In this document: positions 1 to 12,710 of the stretch, one piece after another
Numbering within the stretch: the first letter of the stretch is position 1
Layout of the letters: the number at the start of each line of letters is the position of its first letter
Assembly: GCF_006345805.1 (NCBI RefSeq)
Contig: NC_043005.1
Coordinates: forward strand, 52,886,001-52,950,000
Direction of reading: 5' to 3'
Source of the DNA: Octopus sinensis
Lineage: Eukaryota
Length of the DNA stretch: 64,000 nucleotides
Notes under the pieces: generated by a model
What the model was told of the DNA's origin: nothing
Databases searched by the model: none
What the model saw: only the letters and a program-made list of their open reading frames with translations
Position numbers and translations under genes: made by a program

Positions 1-1042
1 TTCATTAGCCAGACAAAAAAAAAATGTTTGTTTTTCTTAAGAGTTAAATACAATTATTTAATAGCTTTGCATAGTTGAAGGTCAGTCGGTGTTTACCCTA
101 ATGTAAAATGGTTTTATCTTGTCACACGAGGTCATTAATATTTATGCTAGCAGTGAGAGCCTTTATGTAACATATAAAGTTCACCTTTTGCCAACTTTAA
201 AGAAAAGTCTGGTAGAATTTGAATAGAAACTTTGATCAAGGAGCAAACATCTGAAAATACATTTAGTCTCTTACTCATCCTTCTTCTCTCAGCTGAATCT
301 ATGTGGTCTATATCCATCATGTCTTGTATCTTTTAGCTGCTGGGTGTCTTTACTATACAGCTTCCTGCTGCTTTTATGTCTTCGTTTTCTAAGATCTTAT
401 ATCCTCAGGCTTGTTACTGTGGCCTAAACCTCGTTAAGTTGGTTTGTCATGGTAATTAAGAATTGCCAACTAAAACTCACTTCAGTGTTATAGCTGTGTT
501 GCTATTATAGGTAATCTTAAGATTTTAGAAATGAACTTTTGTTTTATTTTGAGAAGTTCTTTAACATTGACTACAGATATTGTAAAAATTATTTTCCATA
601 TTGTAAAGTAATATTCTTATATACCACAGTCAAAGAAAGAAATTTAATCCAGTAATTCTCCAATATTGTGAATGACTTTGCTTTATGCTGTATGTATATC
701 TTCTATGTCTGCCTGACTGACTAACTCTGTGTGTGTGTTTCTTTCTCTTTGAAATGTCTTCATTTGGTTTGCGAGTCTTATTTTGTGAGCTCATATAAGT
801 ACTAGTTGATGACTGGGGTCAATGTAATCGACTCGCCTCCACCTCAAAATTGCTGGACTTTATTAAAATATTTAAAAACGTTATTATTATTGTTATCAAA
901 TAATATAGTCTCACTTGAATGTAGATCCAAATACTCCTTGTTATATTGCGATAAAAGATATATCTTACAAGTTTCAAGGGTAACTTGAAATATATGAGGC
1001 TTGACTGAGATGGGGTTTTTTTTGATATCCATTTTGATATCC

Positions 1043-1194
1043 ATTGGCGTTAGGAAGGGCATCCAGCTGTAGAAACACTGCCAGACTAGACTGGAGCCTG
1101 GGGCAGTCCCTAGCTCCCCAGACCCCGGTCGAAACCGTCCAACCCATGCTAGCGCGGAAAACGGACGTTAAACGATGATGATGATGATGATGAT
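1043..1194 (+). mobile_element. 3' fragment of an abundant retroposon with a (GAT)n tail ('family D'; RTE-type 3' end)
   Basis: TTGGCGTTAGGAAGGGCATCCAGCTGTAGAAAC...GGACGTTAAACGATGATGAT. The same sequence recurs at ~7240, 15830, 17040, 27710(-), 36115 and 40340(-). Confidence 0.8.
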
Positions 1195-2450
1195 TTTAGC
1201 ATATCAGTTGATAAACTTTGACCTATTGTTGTGCTAAAGAAATTAAACAAACTGCAAACCAAGTACAGATGGAATTAACAGATATTACTGATGGATATAA
1301 CTCCAACCACAACAAAGACTCAAATTTCAATAGTGTGATATGGTTAATAAAATTTGTCTTTTAATGTATGTAAGGGGTGATGGTGTCATAACATCGTCAC
1401 CTGCCACCACTCCCTTTTATAACATAACCCTCTACCTCAGTCCATTGAGTTTTATAACGTAACATCTATCTCTTATTATTTAACCCTTCTGTATCAGTTA
1501 TTGGTTTTAAACATGACTCTCGCCAAATGGACCGATGTCTAGATTTGGATTCAATGGCTTGTCAATTTGTGGTTGCCACTTATGATAGCTAGCGATACTT
1601 ACCCTCTACCCCATCCAATTCCTAACTAAGCCATACAAGTTATACCAACATTGGAAGGTACAAGACATTAACTGTGCAGGTGGAATCAAAGGTTATTCAT
1701 CTAAGAAAGCAGTAACTCTAAGTAAAACTGCAGAGTTAAGGGATCTATGTTGCAGAAAGTCTCTTTAGTGTCAGTGTTCCAGAAATTCTTCCAGAATATG
1801 ACGTTTCGAGAGAATGAAGGAACCATACCACAAATGACCATGGTTGATATGTGAACTCTGCAATCCATTATTATGTGTTATACATCTAGGATGTATAACA
1901 CTTACTCATGTGCTGGTGATACAATGGAACACACTTGGTTCATACTGTAAGATATACTTGGTTCATACTGTAAGATTAGTTGGTATTTTTTTTCTCTATT
2001 GCCGTGTACCCAGTATCATGGGCTGTGTTGAGAGCTGTGAAGCCTATCCAACGTGTACTAGCATGAATGCAAAATGATTTGATATTTGTGTGTAATAGGC
2101 CATTGTTTTTTGGTTGGGCAGCTTCTTTCTTTTTTCATGCTATAAGAAGATGTGAGGGGAATGCAGTGGCTGTGCTGAGAGAGGTGGAAGAGAGTGAAAA
2201 TATGTAGTATGAACGAAGGTAGTGGAGTTACATTTTGATTGAAAAAAAACGAGAGAAAACTATATATATATTATATAACATTTGACAGTAATCTGAATGC
2301 TAAATGGTTAATATCATTATGGATAATGTTATAAAACTTAGTGGATCCTGAGCATGCTGAGGAAAGCTTCATCCCAAAGTGAATACATTAAATGGTTTTC
2401 ATTATATATAAAAATTACACTTAAAAAAAAAAACAGATTTTACCATCTAA

Positions 2451-2576
2451 CCCTTGAGCATTCAGATTATTCTGTCAAATGTAATGGATAGGGTGCAAGT
2501 GGCCGGGTCTGGCTGGTTTAAACATAAAACAGGTTGAATATTTGGGCTGGATATGGTTGGTTTAAATGCTAATGGG
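2451..2576 (+). mobile_element. internally deleted TTAA-type (piggyBac-like) MITE
   Basis: Ends are CCCTTGAGCATTCAGA...AAATGCTAATGGG followed by TTAA. Homologous to the 220-bp copy at 8620-8839. Confidence 0.7.
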
Positions 2577-3459
2577 TTAACCACAGCAGCATTGTGTGAA
2601 CATTTTAGACTGGGAGAATGAAGGGACGCGAGTAATAATCACAGCTGAAGCTCATTCTTGCATCGGTTTTGAACTTAAAGCAATATAATTATTGGAGTTA
2701 GCAATGTATTTATTACTGAGCCATGAATACAGAAATGTGATCTATTTCTCTTTGGTGCCTTTGGAAAGAAGAAGAAGAAGGAAAAGAGAAAGAAATGGAA
2801 AATGAAGAATTGTGGTGGTGGGGAAGCTGTGCATTCTTGTGATTTTTGTGTGGAATTTAGCATGCCTGTCGGATCACTGAGGAGAGGATAATTACATTTA
2901 AGCAACTCCATGTAAGGCTTTAAGGAAATTAAAATTGTCAATCTTAATAAAAAGGCAAGAGAAAGACGAATAAACACAAACAACTCCTTCTACAAGACAT
3001 GTGGATAAACAATGCTATCTCCAGTTTCCATGTTGCTCTTGTTTATTCTCTGTTAATCAACATATAAGTATATAAATAAATAAGATATATCTAGTGAAAG
3101 TATGTGGGTAGAGGTGGATTAGTTAAAAATGCTTAGTTTACTTTGGTTAATTCTTACTCGGCTAAAATTTCCAGTGTAGATCATATCTTGTAAGATTGCA
3201 AAACCCATTTCCTAACTTTTACTGAATCTGTTTTTGTCTTGCTTTTTTTTCTTTCTTCCTTCTCTCTCTTTCTCTCTCTGCTTTCTCTTTGTCTTTCTTT
3301 CCTTCCTTCTGTTTTTGTATCTTTTTCTCTGTCTTTCTCCTTATCTCTCATTATTTTTCAATTAGTAGTTAAATTACATTTTGAACTGCCTTAAAGAATA
3401 TCTTAGGTTTTTTTTATTTGCTGTTTATATAAGTCTCAGCTGATAAAGTAAATGGAAAA

Positions 3460-3603
3460 TGTGTGTGTGTGTGTGTATGGACAGGTGTGTGTGTGTGTGT
3501 GTATGGACAGATGTGTGTGTGTGTGTATGGACAGGAGGTGTGTGTGTGTGTGTATGGACAGGAGGTGTGTGTGTGTGTATGGACAGGAGTTGTGTGTGGG
3601 TGT
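3460..3603 (+). repeat. compound minisatellite [(TG)n TATGGACAG(GAG)] x5
   Basis: Five TATGGACAG cores separated by variable TG runs. Confidence 0.95.
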
Positions 3604-4361
3604 GGAATCTGAAAGAGAAATGCTTATGGCAATATCGTTTTGATAAGGGTTAGCTGCTGGATAGAATATAATGTAGCATTGGTATCAACCACTGCACTAT
3701 TTTTTAATAGCAATTTCATGTCACACTTCTTGCATTGGAAAACAAAATGAAAGAAAAAAAATAGACAAATGAAAAAAAAACCACACTGCTATCTCTTTAA
3801 AAGCTATTTCAGCTGAAACTACTTACTATTAAAATGTAGACATGAAGCTGTGAAAGCCTTGTCACAATCTGACAAAGGTGACCAATGTTGTTTGCTAGTG
3901 TATGAATGTGGCATGTAAAAAAAAAAAAAAGGCTTTTTTCTTCTTTTTTTTTTTTAAAAAAAACTTAAATCATTGCCAAATGACTATCTGAAGGTTTTTT
4001 TTTCTTTTTTTACTAGGTATGCCAGAATTAGTAAGATCAAAACAAAAATGTAGATATAACATTAATTTTATTTTTTATAACAGCGATTACCTGGAAATGG
4101 GGGAATGTAGTTGTAGGTGATGTTTTGTAGCTGTGCCCCTTTTTGCAATCTTAGTTCAAGTCCAACCTAGATCCACTTGGCCATTTATATTCTTCTGTGG
4201 TGTGGTCAATTAAAACAAGTACTGGGACTGATGGTGGTGACCCAGCAAAGTCACTGTCCAGTGACTACGACAAGTGTGTTGTTTTCTAGTGCTACCACTC
4301 AACTCAAACTCATTTATTTCTTGCTCTGTTTCTGCATTTACACCAGGGTGCTTATTGTGGT

Positions 4362-4364
<3 letters not shown>

Positions 4365-4428
<64 letters not shown>
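4365..4428. repeat. (TA)n microsatellite
   Basis: Uninterrupted TA run that abuts a SINE head. Confidence 0.98.
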
Positions 4429-4429
<1 letters not shown>

Positions 4430-4793
4430 CCGCAGGAGTGGCTGTGTGGTAAGTAGCTTGTTTACCAACCACATGGTTCCGGGTTCAGTCCCACTGTGTG
4501 GCATCTTGGGCAAGTGTCTTCTGCTATAGCCCCGGGCCGACCAATGCCTTGTAAGTGGATTTGGTAGATGGAAACTGAAAGAAGCCTGTCGTATATATGT
4601 ATATATATATATATATATATGTTTGTGTGTCTGTGTTTGTCAACCGATGCTCTTAGCAGTTTGGCAAAAGAGACCGATAGAATAAGTACTGGGCTTACAA
4701 AGAATAAGTCCCGGGGTCGGTTTGCTCGACCAAAGGGGGTGCTCCAGCATGGCCGCAGTCAAATGACTGAAACAAGTAAAAGAGTAAAGAGTA
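4429..4793 (+). mobile_element. tRNA-derived SINE ('family A')
   Basis: A-box-like TGGCTGTGTGGTAAG, B-box-like GGTTCAGTCCC, CTTGGGCAAG core, internal TA run and AAGTAAAAGAG tail. More than 10 homologues in the window. Confidence 0.9.
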
Positions 4794-4795
4794 TA

Positions 4796-6061
4796 TAGGG
4801 TGGCCCAAAAGTAGGTTTGCAGTTATCATGTAGGCACTTTAAATTTCTTTTAAAACATTTTATTACATTTAAGTTTCTCTTACCATCATATTGTTTATGC
4901 ACATCTTGAACAATGTTTAATCTCTCAGATGCTCAAAATGTCTTCCCTCAACATTGCAACATTCTTCAAACTTGTTCAGAACACTCTGACGTACAGTGCG
5001 GTACATATTCCGATCCTCATCAATTTCAGTGAATGCGTCAGAAATGTAATCTTTTAATTCATTTACTGATTTGGGGATTTTTCTCATAAACCTTGTTCCT
5101 TACAACACCCCAAAAATGAAATGTTTTGGCGTCGTCCAGGTCAGGTGAATGTGGTGACCATGCGATGCTACCCCAATCTTCCAAACCAACGCTGTGGAAA
5201 GGTGTGGTTAAGGTAGTCTCTTACTGTCAATGCATAATGTGAAGGTGCTCTGTCTTGCTGAAGGAACAGTTCATCAAAGTTAATTTTGGTTCTGAATTGT
5301 GGTACTACCATGTCATGAAGCACTTCCAAGTAGTTCTATCCATTTACAATTCTTTCAAAGAAAATGGGTCTGATAACACCTTTGCTTGAAAGTGCTCCAT
5401 AGACTGTAACACCAGGCTGATTCAGTTGAAATTCTATAGTCAAACGGGGATTTTCATCAGCCCAGTACATGCAGTTATACCTTGTTACATGACTGGATAA
5501 TATCCATTAGCAATTTGTCATGCATCATTTTACAGAATTTCAGCCAGCAATATGGGTTGTCCTCCAAAAGCTTATGCATTAGGCATTGCAATGATGTTCT
5601 TAGTATGGATAGTTCTAGAGAAGCATGTTGTGTGGACTTCTTTGGACTGTTCACTAATGTCATAGTCACTAACATCTCATTTTTTTCAGTCACAGAAGTC
5701 TTAGAGCATTCAGATCTTGGTGCACTGAACTTGTGGCATCAAACTTATTTCTTATCCTATAAATTATCTGGCATGAAGGTGTAGGAGTGTGAAAGGCTTC
5801 TTGCCTTGTCGTGTGCACCTGTTCAGCATTTTCAGACTTCCAATGCTGCTTTAGTATCCACTTTCTTTGCTCTTGATTTAATTTGTTTGCCATGGCTCAC
5901 ACTTTAGAGTACCTGTAAAAAAAAAAAAAATTACAAACTGAAAAGGGATCTTGACCAAATTAACTAAATTAGCATACAATAACGATTTCATATTTTTTTT
6001 ATAATTAAGATTTAAACTGTAAATATATGAATGCGAAAGAGATAGTTGAATAACTATAAAC
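4796..6061 (-). mobile_element. decayed Tc1/mariner-superfamily element, DD41D (rosa/Visitor)-like
   Basis: Left end is TA|TAGGGTGGCCCAAAAGTAGGTTTGCAGTTA. Only TAACTATAAAC (6051-6061) survives of the right TIR before a microsatellite. Contains a transposase relic. Confidence 0.8.
4917..5893 (-). pseudogene. frameshifted DD41D-type transposase
   Basis: MANKLNQEQRKWILKQHWKSEN (DUF4817-like HTH)...LQQDRAPSHYALTVRDYLNHTFPQRWFGR.GSIAWSPHSPDL...FWGVVRNKVYE...ELKDYISDAF...CCNVEGRHFEHLRD*. Spacing from QD to the SPDL motif fits DD41D. Multiple stops and frameshifts. Confidence 0.85.
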
Positions 6062-6298
6062 TGTGTGTGTGTGTGCATATATATAGATGTATTTCTGTGT
6101 GTGTCTGTTTGTCCCCCACCATCACCTGACAGCTGATGCTGGTGTGTTTATGTCCTCATAACTTAGTGGTTCAGCAAAAAAAAAGATGGATAGAATAAGT
6201 ACTAGGCTTACAAAGAATAGGTCCTCAATTTCTTAGACTAAAACCCTTTAAGGCGGCCACAGTCAGATGACTGAAACTAGTAAAAGAATAAAAGAATA
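6062..6298 (+). mobile_element. family A SINE, 3' half
   Basis: Matches the 3' half of 61479-61866 (GATGCTGGTGTGTTTA...GGCTTACAAAGAATA...GACTGAAAC). Confidence 0.8.
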
Positions 6299-8142
6299 TT
6301 GAAATTCAAATACAAAACAAAATTCTGCCTGTTCCAGGTAATTGCTGTTTTAAGATTAATTTGTGTCTGGCTCAATTCAATATTATATCTACTTTTTCTT
6401 TTTGCTTTTTTAATTTTTTTGGGGTTCTTTTTTATTTTTCTAAATTAATATTTTATTTTTAGAATTTAATTCTCATTTTTTTTAAAAGTTAAATCTCCCC
6501 CATAGCATTTTATTTCCATGATAGACAGGTGATAGAAATGTAGCATATTTCAGACGGCATAGACTAAATTAAATGCAATAAATGTTTGTTTTTTTTTCCC
6601 CCCTATGAACTGTTTTAAAATTTGAATTTATCTTTTATTTGTAATTTTTACATCAGTTTGCTTTTTATCCTTGCTTAATTGGCAATATCAAAGTAGTGTC
6701 ATAGTGTAAAAATACCTTGTGGTGTTTAGTCATTTTTTTTCTTTTACATTTCAAAATTTCAGTCTTGCTAAGGTTGATGCCACCTTTCATTTTTCTTGGT
6801 GTGTCAGTTATTTAAGGCTATCGACAAAATCAGCATTGGTATTGATGATAAAGTCAACTGCTTCTTTGATTTGAAATTAATGACCCTGTGCATAAACTCT
6901 CTTTCCTTGAATATAGATGCATATATACGCATGCATACACACATGTGCACACAACAGGTTTCCCGCAGTTTCCAGCTATCAGATGCCCTTACGTGGTTGC
7001 TTTGCTAAGTAGACTTCTTAATTGCTCTTTCTCAGCTACTCACACTCACCCCATATAATGTGGGGTGGCCAGGCATCTCTATAGCAAGACATGTGCTTGT
7101 CTCTCCTTCTCACCCTCCTCCTTACTTCGCCAGCATGTTTTCCCCCACCCCTACTTTGTTTTAGTTGTCTTGCAAGTTGTTTGGCAACCTAACTAGTGTC
7201 AGTGGCATGGCAAAAAGCATCCTGTACACACAGTGATCTCTTTGGCATTTGGAAAGGCATCCAGCTGTAGAAGTCGTGCCATAGTTGATGCTGGAACTCA
7301 GCGTAGCCTTGTGACTTGCCAGATTCTGCGAAACCACCCAACCCATACCAGCATGGAAAGTGAACAGTAATTGTCGATTATGATGTGCTTATACATATCT
7401 ACATTTACACGCCCACACACTCTCACACTGTTAAAGACTGGATTCAAAGGATACTAGCAGCAGTCTGTGTTTTCAAGAAATTATTTAATTATTAACTGGC
7501 GGGTAAATACAGCAAGGTTATATCAGCCATCATATCAATATTCACCCCAGCATTTCTACAAAGAGGAAACAATCATTTTATTTGTCTGAATTTGTTGATA
7601 TTACTTTTAACAGTCTTGCATAACAATAATACTGTTGTGGTGCATTATTCTGTTCTCCACCCACCGCAGTATTTTGTTACCATTGTATTTTTGTTTAAAA
7701 GCTTAAAAGATTTTAGCAAAGTATACAATGGGTGAAGCAGTTTGGATATATTTAGAGAAGGAATAATATATTGATTATTATTATTACCATTTGAGACATG
7801 GTTGTTATCATTCTTCGAAAAGAAAATACAGTCTATTTGAAACAACCTTTAAATTCTTAAAGAACTGCTTTTATGTTTCCTATTTAAAACTTTTTTTTTT
7901 TGTAGATCAAATTTCTTTTTTTCTCTTTTACATGCTATCAACTTTTGTTCCAATATTGGCAACTGAAAAACTAGAAGAAATGTCTATAGATTTGGTCTTG
8001 ATCAAATTTTTTTTTTCTTAGTATGTAATCCTAATTTGAGCTTGTAGGAGTCGGTTTTTTTTTTCTGGTTTTACATTATTTCTTCAAAATGTTGCCTCCC
8101 TCTGCTTTTTTTTTTTTTTTTTTCATTTTCATCATCATGAAT

Positions 8143-8470
8143 GCAGAAGTCAAATGGCCTAGTGGTTAGGGCAATCAGCTCACAGCTGTAAAGTTGTAAG
8201 TTCAATTCCTGACAGCATGTTGTGTCCTTGAGCAGGGCACTTTGTTTCCAAGTTGCTCCAGTCCACTCAACTGGCAAAGATTAGTTGTACCTATAATTCA
8301 AAGGGTTCACCTTGTAACATTCTGTGTCATGCTGAACCCCCAGCGAACTATGCTAAGAGTACACTTGCCTGTGGAGTGCTCAACCATTTGCATGTTAATT
8401 TCATGAGCAGGCTGTTTGGTTGATCAGATCAACTGGAATCCTTGTTGTCATAATCAACAGAGTGCCAGTT
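8143..8470 (+). mobile_element. tRNA-derived SINE ('family E')
   Basis: TGGCCTAGTGGTTAGGG A box, AGTTCAATTCC B box, then GTGTCCTTGAGCAGGGCACTT. Related heads at 19080-19205(-), 24640-24796(-), 30740(+), 44950-45070(-) and 50480-50580(-). Confidence 0.8.
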
Positions 8471-8619
8471 TATAGGGATGCAGAATGTTTCAAGTTCATT
8501 AGAATGTTTTACTTGATGTAAATGTTCTCGAGTTGATAAGCCTATGGAATGCAATTGTGACTAAGTTTCACTTTGTTCTTTTGGACTTTTCACATCTTTT
8601 ACTTGCTTTAATCAGTTAA

Positions 8620-8839
8620 CCCTTCAACATTCAGATTATCTGGTCGAATGTAATGCTTATTTAATCATTCAGTTTTGAATTAATCCCACACTATCTCATA
8701 GCATCAATATTTTGATGATATTATTGTATCCTTCTTGAATTACATTGTAGGATAGGCATGAGAGGCTGGATCTGGCCAGTTTGAACCTAAAACGAATAAA
8801 ATGTTTGGGCTTGTTTTAGATGGTTTAAATGCTTAAGGG
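8620..8839 (+). mobile_element. 220-bp piggyBac-like MITE
   Basis: TTAA|CCCTTCAACATTCAGA...AAATGCTTAAGGG|TTAA, with a TTAA duplication at both ends. Confidence 0.85.
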
Positions 8840-8845
8840 TTAAAT

Positions 8846-9070
8846 GCAGCCATGTTGGGGCACCACCTTCAAGGGTTTTACTTGAACAAATCAAGCCCAG
8901 TACTTCAATTTTTCAAAGCCTGATACTTATTCTGCTGAACTGCAAAGTTACTGGGACATAAACAAACCAATGTCGATTATCAAATGATGTTGTGGGTGAC
9001 AAACACAAAGATGCATGGACACATACCTATATAAGCAACAGTTTCTGTCTACCAAATCCACTCACATTTT
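8846..9070 (-). mobile_element. diverged family A SINE, reverse
   Basis: GCAGCCATGTTGGGGCACCACC...CAGTTTCTGTCTACCAAATCCACTCACA is the reverse complement of family A. Confidence 0.75.
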
Positions 9071-9907
9071 TGGGTTAAAGATTATTAGTTCAGGCAACAT
9101 CTCATGTTTTTGAGGTTTATCATTTGTTTAAAAGGTGTACTTTTTGACTACATAGTTCTGGGTTCAAACCCACAACATAGCAGGTATCCTGACTAAGTGT
9201 CATTTACCATAATCTCTGGTTAAATCAAAGCTTTGAAACTGAAAATGGGTAGATGGAAACTGAAGTTCCTGTAGAGAATGTACCTGGTTTGGCATTGCCC
9301 TTTGCTATCGGCAGGATACACATGGGTGTAAGTATTTGAGCCAAGTTTGCTACCTCTAAAACGTTTATAATAATGTCTGGTTTCTTACTGCTGAGGTCTT
9401 TGTCATCACTTCCTCTATGAAGTTTTACTAGAAATGTCATGCATACTGTCCTTCCTCCTGGCTAAATTGTTGAAAAGAATGTATCATATTGGTTTCTTTC
9501 TAATCAGATAGAAGAAACAAAAGGAAGGAAATGCAAAGTTAAGGCCTTTATACCTTCTCCTATTGTGGACTCTCTCCTGCTATAGATGACAGAAGATAGA
9601 GTCTACGATTTTTTGCTGAACAACATGCCCAAATGGTTTGTTTACAGTGGTCAAATCTTTGTGCTGAATGCTAGCTCATTCCCTCCACTGCCTGTACAGG
9701 TGTATGGCTTGCTACATGTCAGATGTCGAAATGATGTTCTTCATAACATAGCAAGATAACAGGCTGGTCACTTATAACAAATACATCTACATACAAACGT
9801 GTGTGTGTGTGTGTGTGTGTAACAAACTGGTTCATATGACTGGCAGAGTGTTTGGTGCACTGAGTGTAGCTTGAGCAAGAATGTTGATAGCAGTGAGATC
9901 TGCTTAA

Positions 9908-10306
9908 CCCTTTCGTTACTATATTTCTGACCAAAATACACCCCTCATGAGTTTTAGTTTCCCTGTATAAAAACTAAATCCACAACAGTACCCAGTATTT
10001 GTTTCACAAATTTTCCAATTCGGAATCAATGCTTGATAACATGAAACTCCTATCTATTTTCAAAGTTGAAGAAAAATCGATGCCGAAAAAAATCTCCCAA
10101 AATTCAGGGAATTAAAATTACACGTCGATCTTTGTATAAAACTGTAGATGAACTGTTTACGAAGCATAATCACGTGTTTTCACAAATGTACTAAAGAGAT
10201 TTGCTCTGATATTCTCATTTATATATGAATAGGTAAATTCGGGTGGGTTTGGGCGCTTTGGTCACATTAACCAAAATTTTTTTCGGGCAGTTTGGTAACG
10301 AAAGGG
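9908..10306 (-). mobile_element. 399-bp non-autonomous piggyBac (multiply deleted)
   Basis: TTAA|CCCTTTCGTTAC...GTAACGAAAGGG|TTAA. Internal blocks match separate parts of 34296-35578. Strand follows the transposase fragments. Confidence 0.9.
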
Positions 10307-10310
10307 TTAA

Positions 10311-11041
10311 GTCAGTTCAGTGCCACCACTTGAGGTACACTCAACCTCATATTCAACCTCAACCTTGGTTAGGAGCAATAAAAAACGAAGGTGCTTCAAC
10401 ACTCCGCTCAACACTTCAGTGGCTCGTGCTGTCTTGGTTGGGTCCTGTATCTGTTCTTAATTTTGGACAAGTTCAGCAGCAACCTAAGTTTTTTGTTGAT
10501 CTGGAGTGACAGCAGCAGTGGCTGAACGAAAACACTTAACCCTTTCGTTACTGTATTTATTTTGAGATGCTCTGTGTTTCTTTCAATTACTTTAAATATA
10601 ATAAAGAATTTAGTAAAATAACTTAGTTATCATTAAGCTAGTATTACAAACATAAATTGAGACTAAGGTTTGGTGGAAGATTTTAATTCAAAACTTATGA
10701 AAATAAGACATTTGAACTCAGAGCCAGAGCCGGTTTTGGCCGGGTTGGTAATGAAAGGGTTAAAGCTCCACGAGTCTCCCGCAGGAGGTGGTGGCGACCC
10801 CTGTTGTACTCTTTTGCTCCAACTTTCTCTCACTCTTTCTTCCTGTTTCTTGTCCCCAACTTCCTACGCAACCGCTGAGCCTGGGTGCGCATTCATTCAT
10901 CCATCCGTTGATGCTCTCTGTGTCGGGGGTTGACCTGCTTTCTCTTCTGCGGGTCTTACGAATAGCAAAAGGACCACGTTTCGGACTTCTCCCACTGGGA
11001 CGAAGACCACTTCACTCAACAAACAAACAAACAAACAAACA
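10311..11041 (+). mobile_element. probable non-LTR retrotransposon 3' end with an (AAAC)n tail, interrupted by a MITE
   Basis: GC-richer block ending ...AAAGGACCACGTTTCGGACTTCTCCCACTGGGACGAAG...(AAAC)n. Sequence rejoins as AAAACAC-TTAA-AGCTCC across the MITE. Clade not determinable. Confidence 0.55.
10540..10759 (+). mobile_element. 220-bp piggyBac MITE
   Basis: TTAA|CCCTTTCGTTAC...GTAATGAAAGGG|TTAA. Shares termini with 9908-10306 and 34296-35578. Confidence 0.92.
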
Positions 11042-11791
11042 GCAGTGGCATCAGAAGTAAATACAGAATAGGTATTCGAACCAACAGTTATCTTAAACTG
11101 AGGACGCACAGCTTGGTCTGGGAATTAACCATTAAAGTTACAAAAAAGGGGAAAAGTTTCAACTGAGTGAAGTGATTGAATCCTTCTGATTTCAGCTTGC
11201 CCTAAGATTACCACCTTGCTCAATGGGAACTTGTTAAGTGCTAGATTTAATTTACTAAATAGCAGTATATTGTATTAAGTTTTATTAAATCTTATTAATC
11301 TGAGATAACCAAATAGATAAGAGTGGTTTCTTTGATTCCTGAAAGAATTTTAACTTTTTATGTTTTTTTTTTCATTAATCCTAATGTTTGTTTCTTATAT
11401 TTAATCTTGAAAAATAATAATAATAATCAAAGTTTAAAAAAAATAAAATTGTGGTTATTTTATTTACAGCTATTTTAGAGAATAGTTTTTAAATTAGTTT
11501 GTCTACATCGCTAAAGATAGGAACATCAAAAGTTCAGTGTTTCCAGCTTATATTTTGATAGCTTTTTTGTTTTTGTTACCATTTTATTTTCACTCAAGGG
11601 GATTTACTTAACCCTTTCATGTCTGGAGATATCTCAGTGGTGCTGACCCTATATATCTAGTATATCTAGTTAGTTATACTTATTCACTATTTATGTCTAG
11701 TGTTCTTGTTTACATCTAATTCAGACAGCGGTCTACATTTTCCTTAAAATATCTCACTATAGAAAGATTATACATATAATATATATATATA

Positions 11792-11853
<62 letters not shown>

Positions 11854-12196
11854 TATTCTATATCCATACACACACATGTGCACACATACACACGTTTGTA
11901 TGTAGTTGTACTTGTCATAAGTGACCAGTTTGTTGGAACTTGTTTGCTCTCTTGCTATGTTATTCCCTTGCATCTATCAAAAAAATGAATAAATTGAAAA
12001 TTTCACTAGAAAGCTTTTTTTTTTGCTTTTGTTTATGTGAGACTCATTTTTACTGTTTTTTTCCCCTTCATTTTAACGTAGCCGAATCTTCAAAATTTCT
12101 TCCACATTTTCAACAAAATATATTTTCAATGTTACTTTTTTAACATCCAAAATTCAATGTGTTAACACGGGGTGGTTGTGTTTTGCAAATTTGGGC

Positions 12197-12590
12197 ATGG
12201 CTCTGTGGTAAGAAGCTTACTTCCCAACCACGTCATTCTGGGTTCAGTCTCGCTGAGTGACACCGTGAACAAACGTCTTCTACTCTAGCCTCAAACCTAC
12301 CAAAGCCATGTGAGTAGATTTGTTTGATGGAAACTGAAAGAAACCATTTGTGTGTGTGTGTGTGTGTGTGTATGTATATGTCTGTGTCTGACTGTCTCCC
12401 ACCACCACCTGACAATTTGTATTGATGTGTTTATGTCCCCATAACTTAGCGGTCGGGCAATAAAGCCCAGTTAAATATGTACCAGACCGTTCAAAGGAAA
12501 AAAGTTTTACTGGGGATAATTTAGTTGAGTAAAATTATTCAAGGTGGTGCCCTAACATGTCTCAATCTGACTGAGACAATTAAAAGACAA
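12197..12590 (+). mobile_element. family A SINE, diverged full length
   Basis: GCATGGCTCTGTGGTAAGAAGCTTACTTCCCAACC head, internal (TG)n run and GACTGAGACAATTAAAAGAC tail. Confidence 0.8.
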
Positions 12591-12652
12591 ACGTCTAGTT
12601 GGTTTATGTTTGTGTGGGTGTAGTATATTTTTCGCTTGTTTTTCACTCATTG

Positions 12653-12710
<58 letters not shown>

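Noticed and set aside
4017-4116. Two micro-exon-like segments (4017-4030 and 4084-4116, the latter DYLEMGECSC in phase 2-2)
   Set aside because: AG/GT pairs of this quality are common in AT-rich introns. No homology or compositional support.
4429-4510. tRNA-like A/B boxes here and at other SINE heads
   Set aside because: They continue into SINE bodies and tails and do not form a full cloverleaf, so they are not tRNA genes.
9508-9760. Long nearly open frame IEETKGRKCK...*MTEDRVYDFLLNNMPKW...
   Set aside because: Internal TAG, no recognisable domain, weak splice sites.
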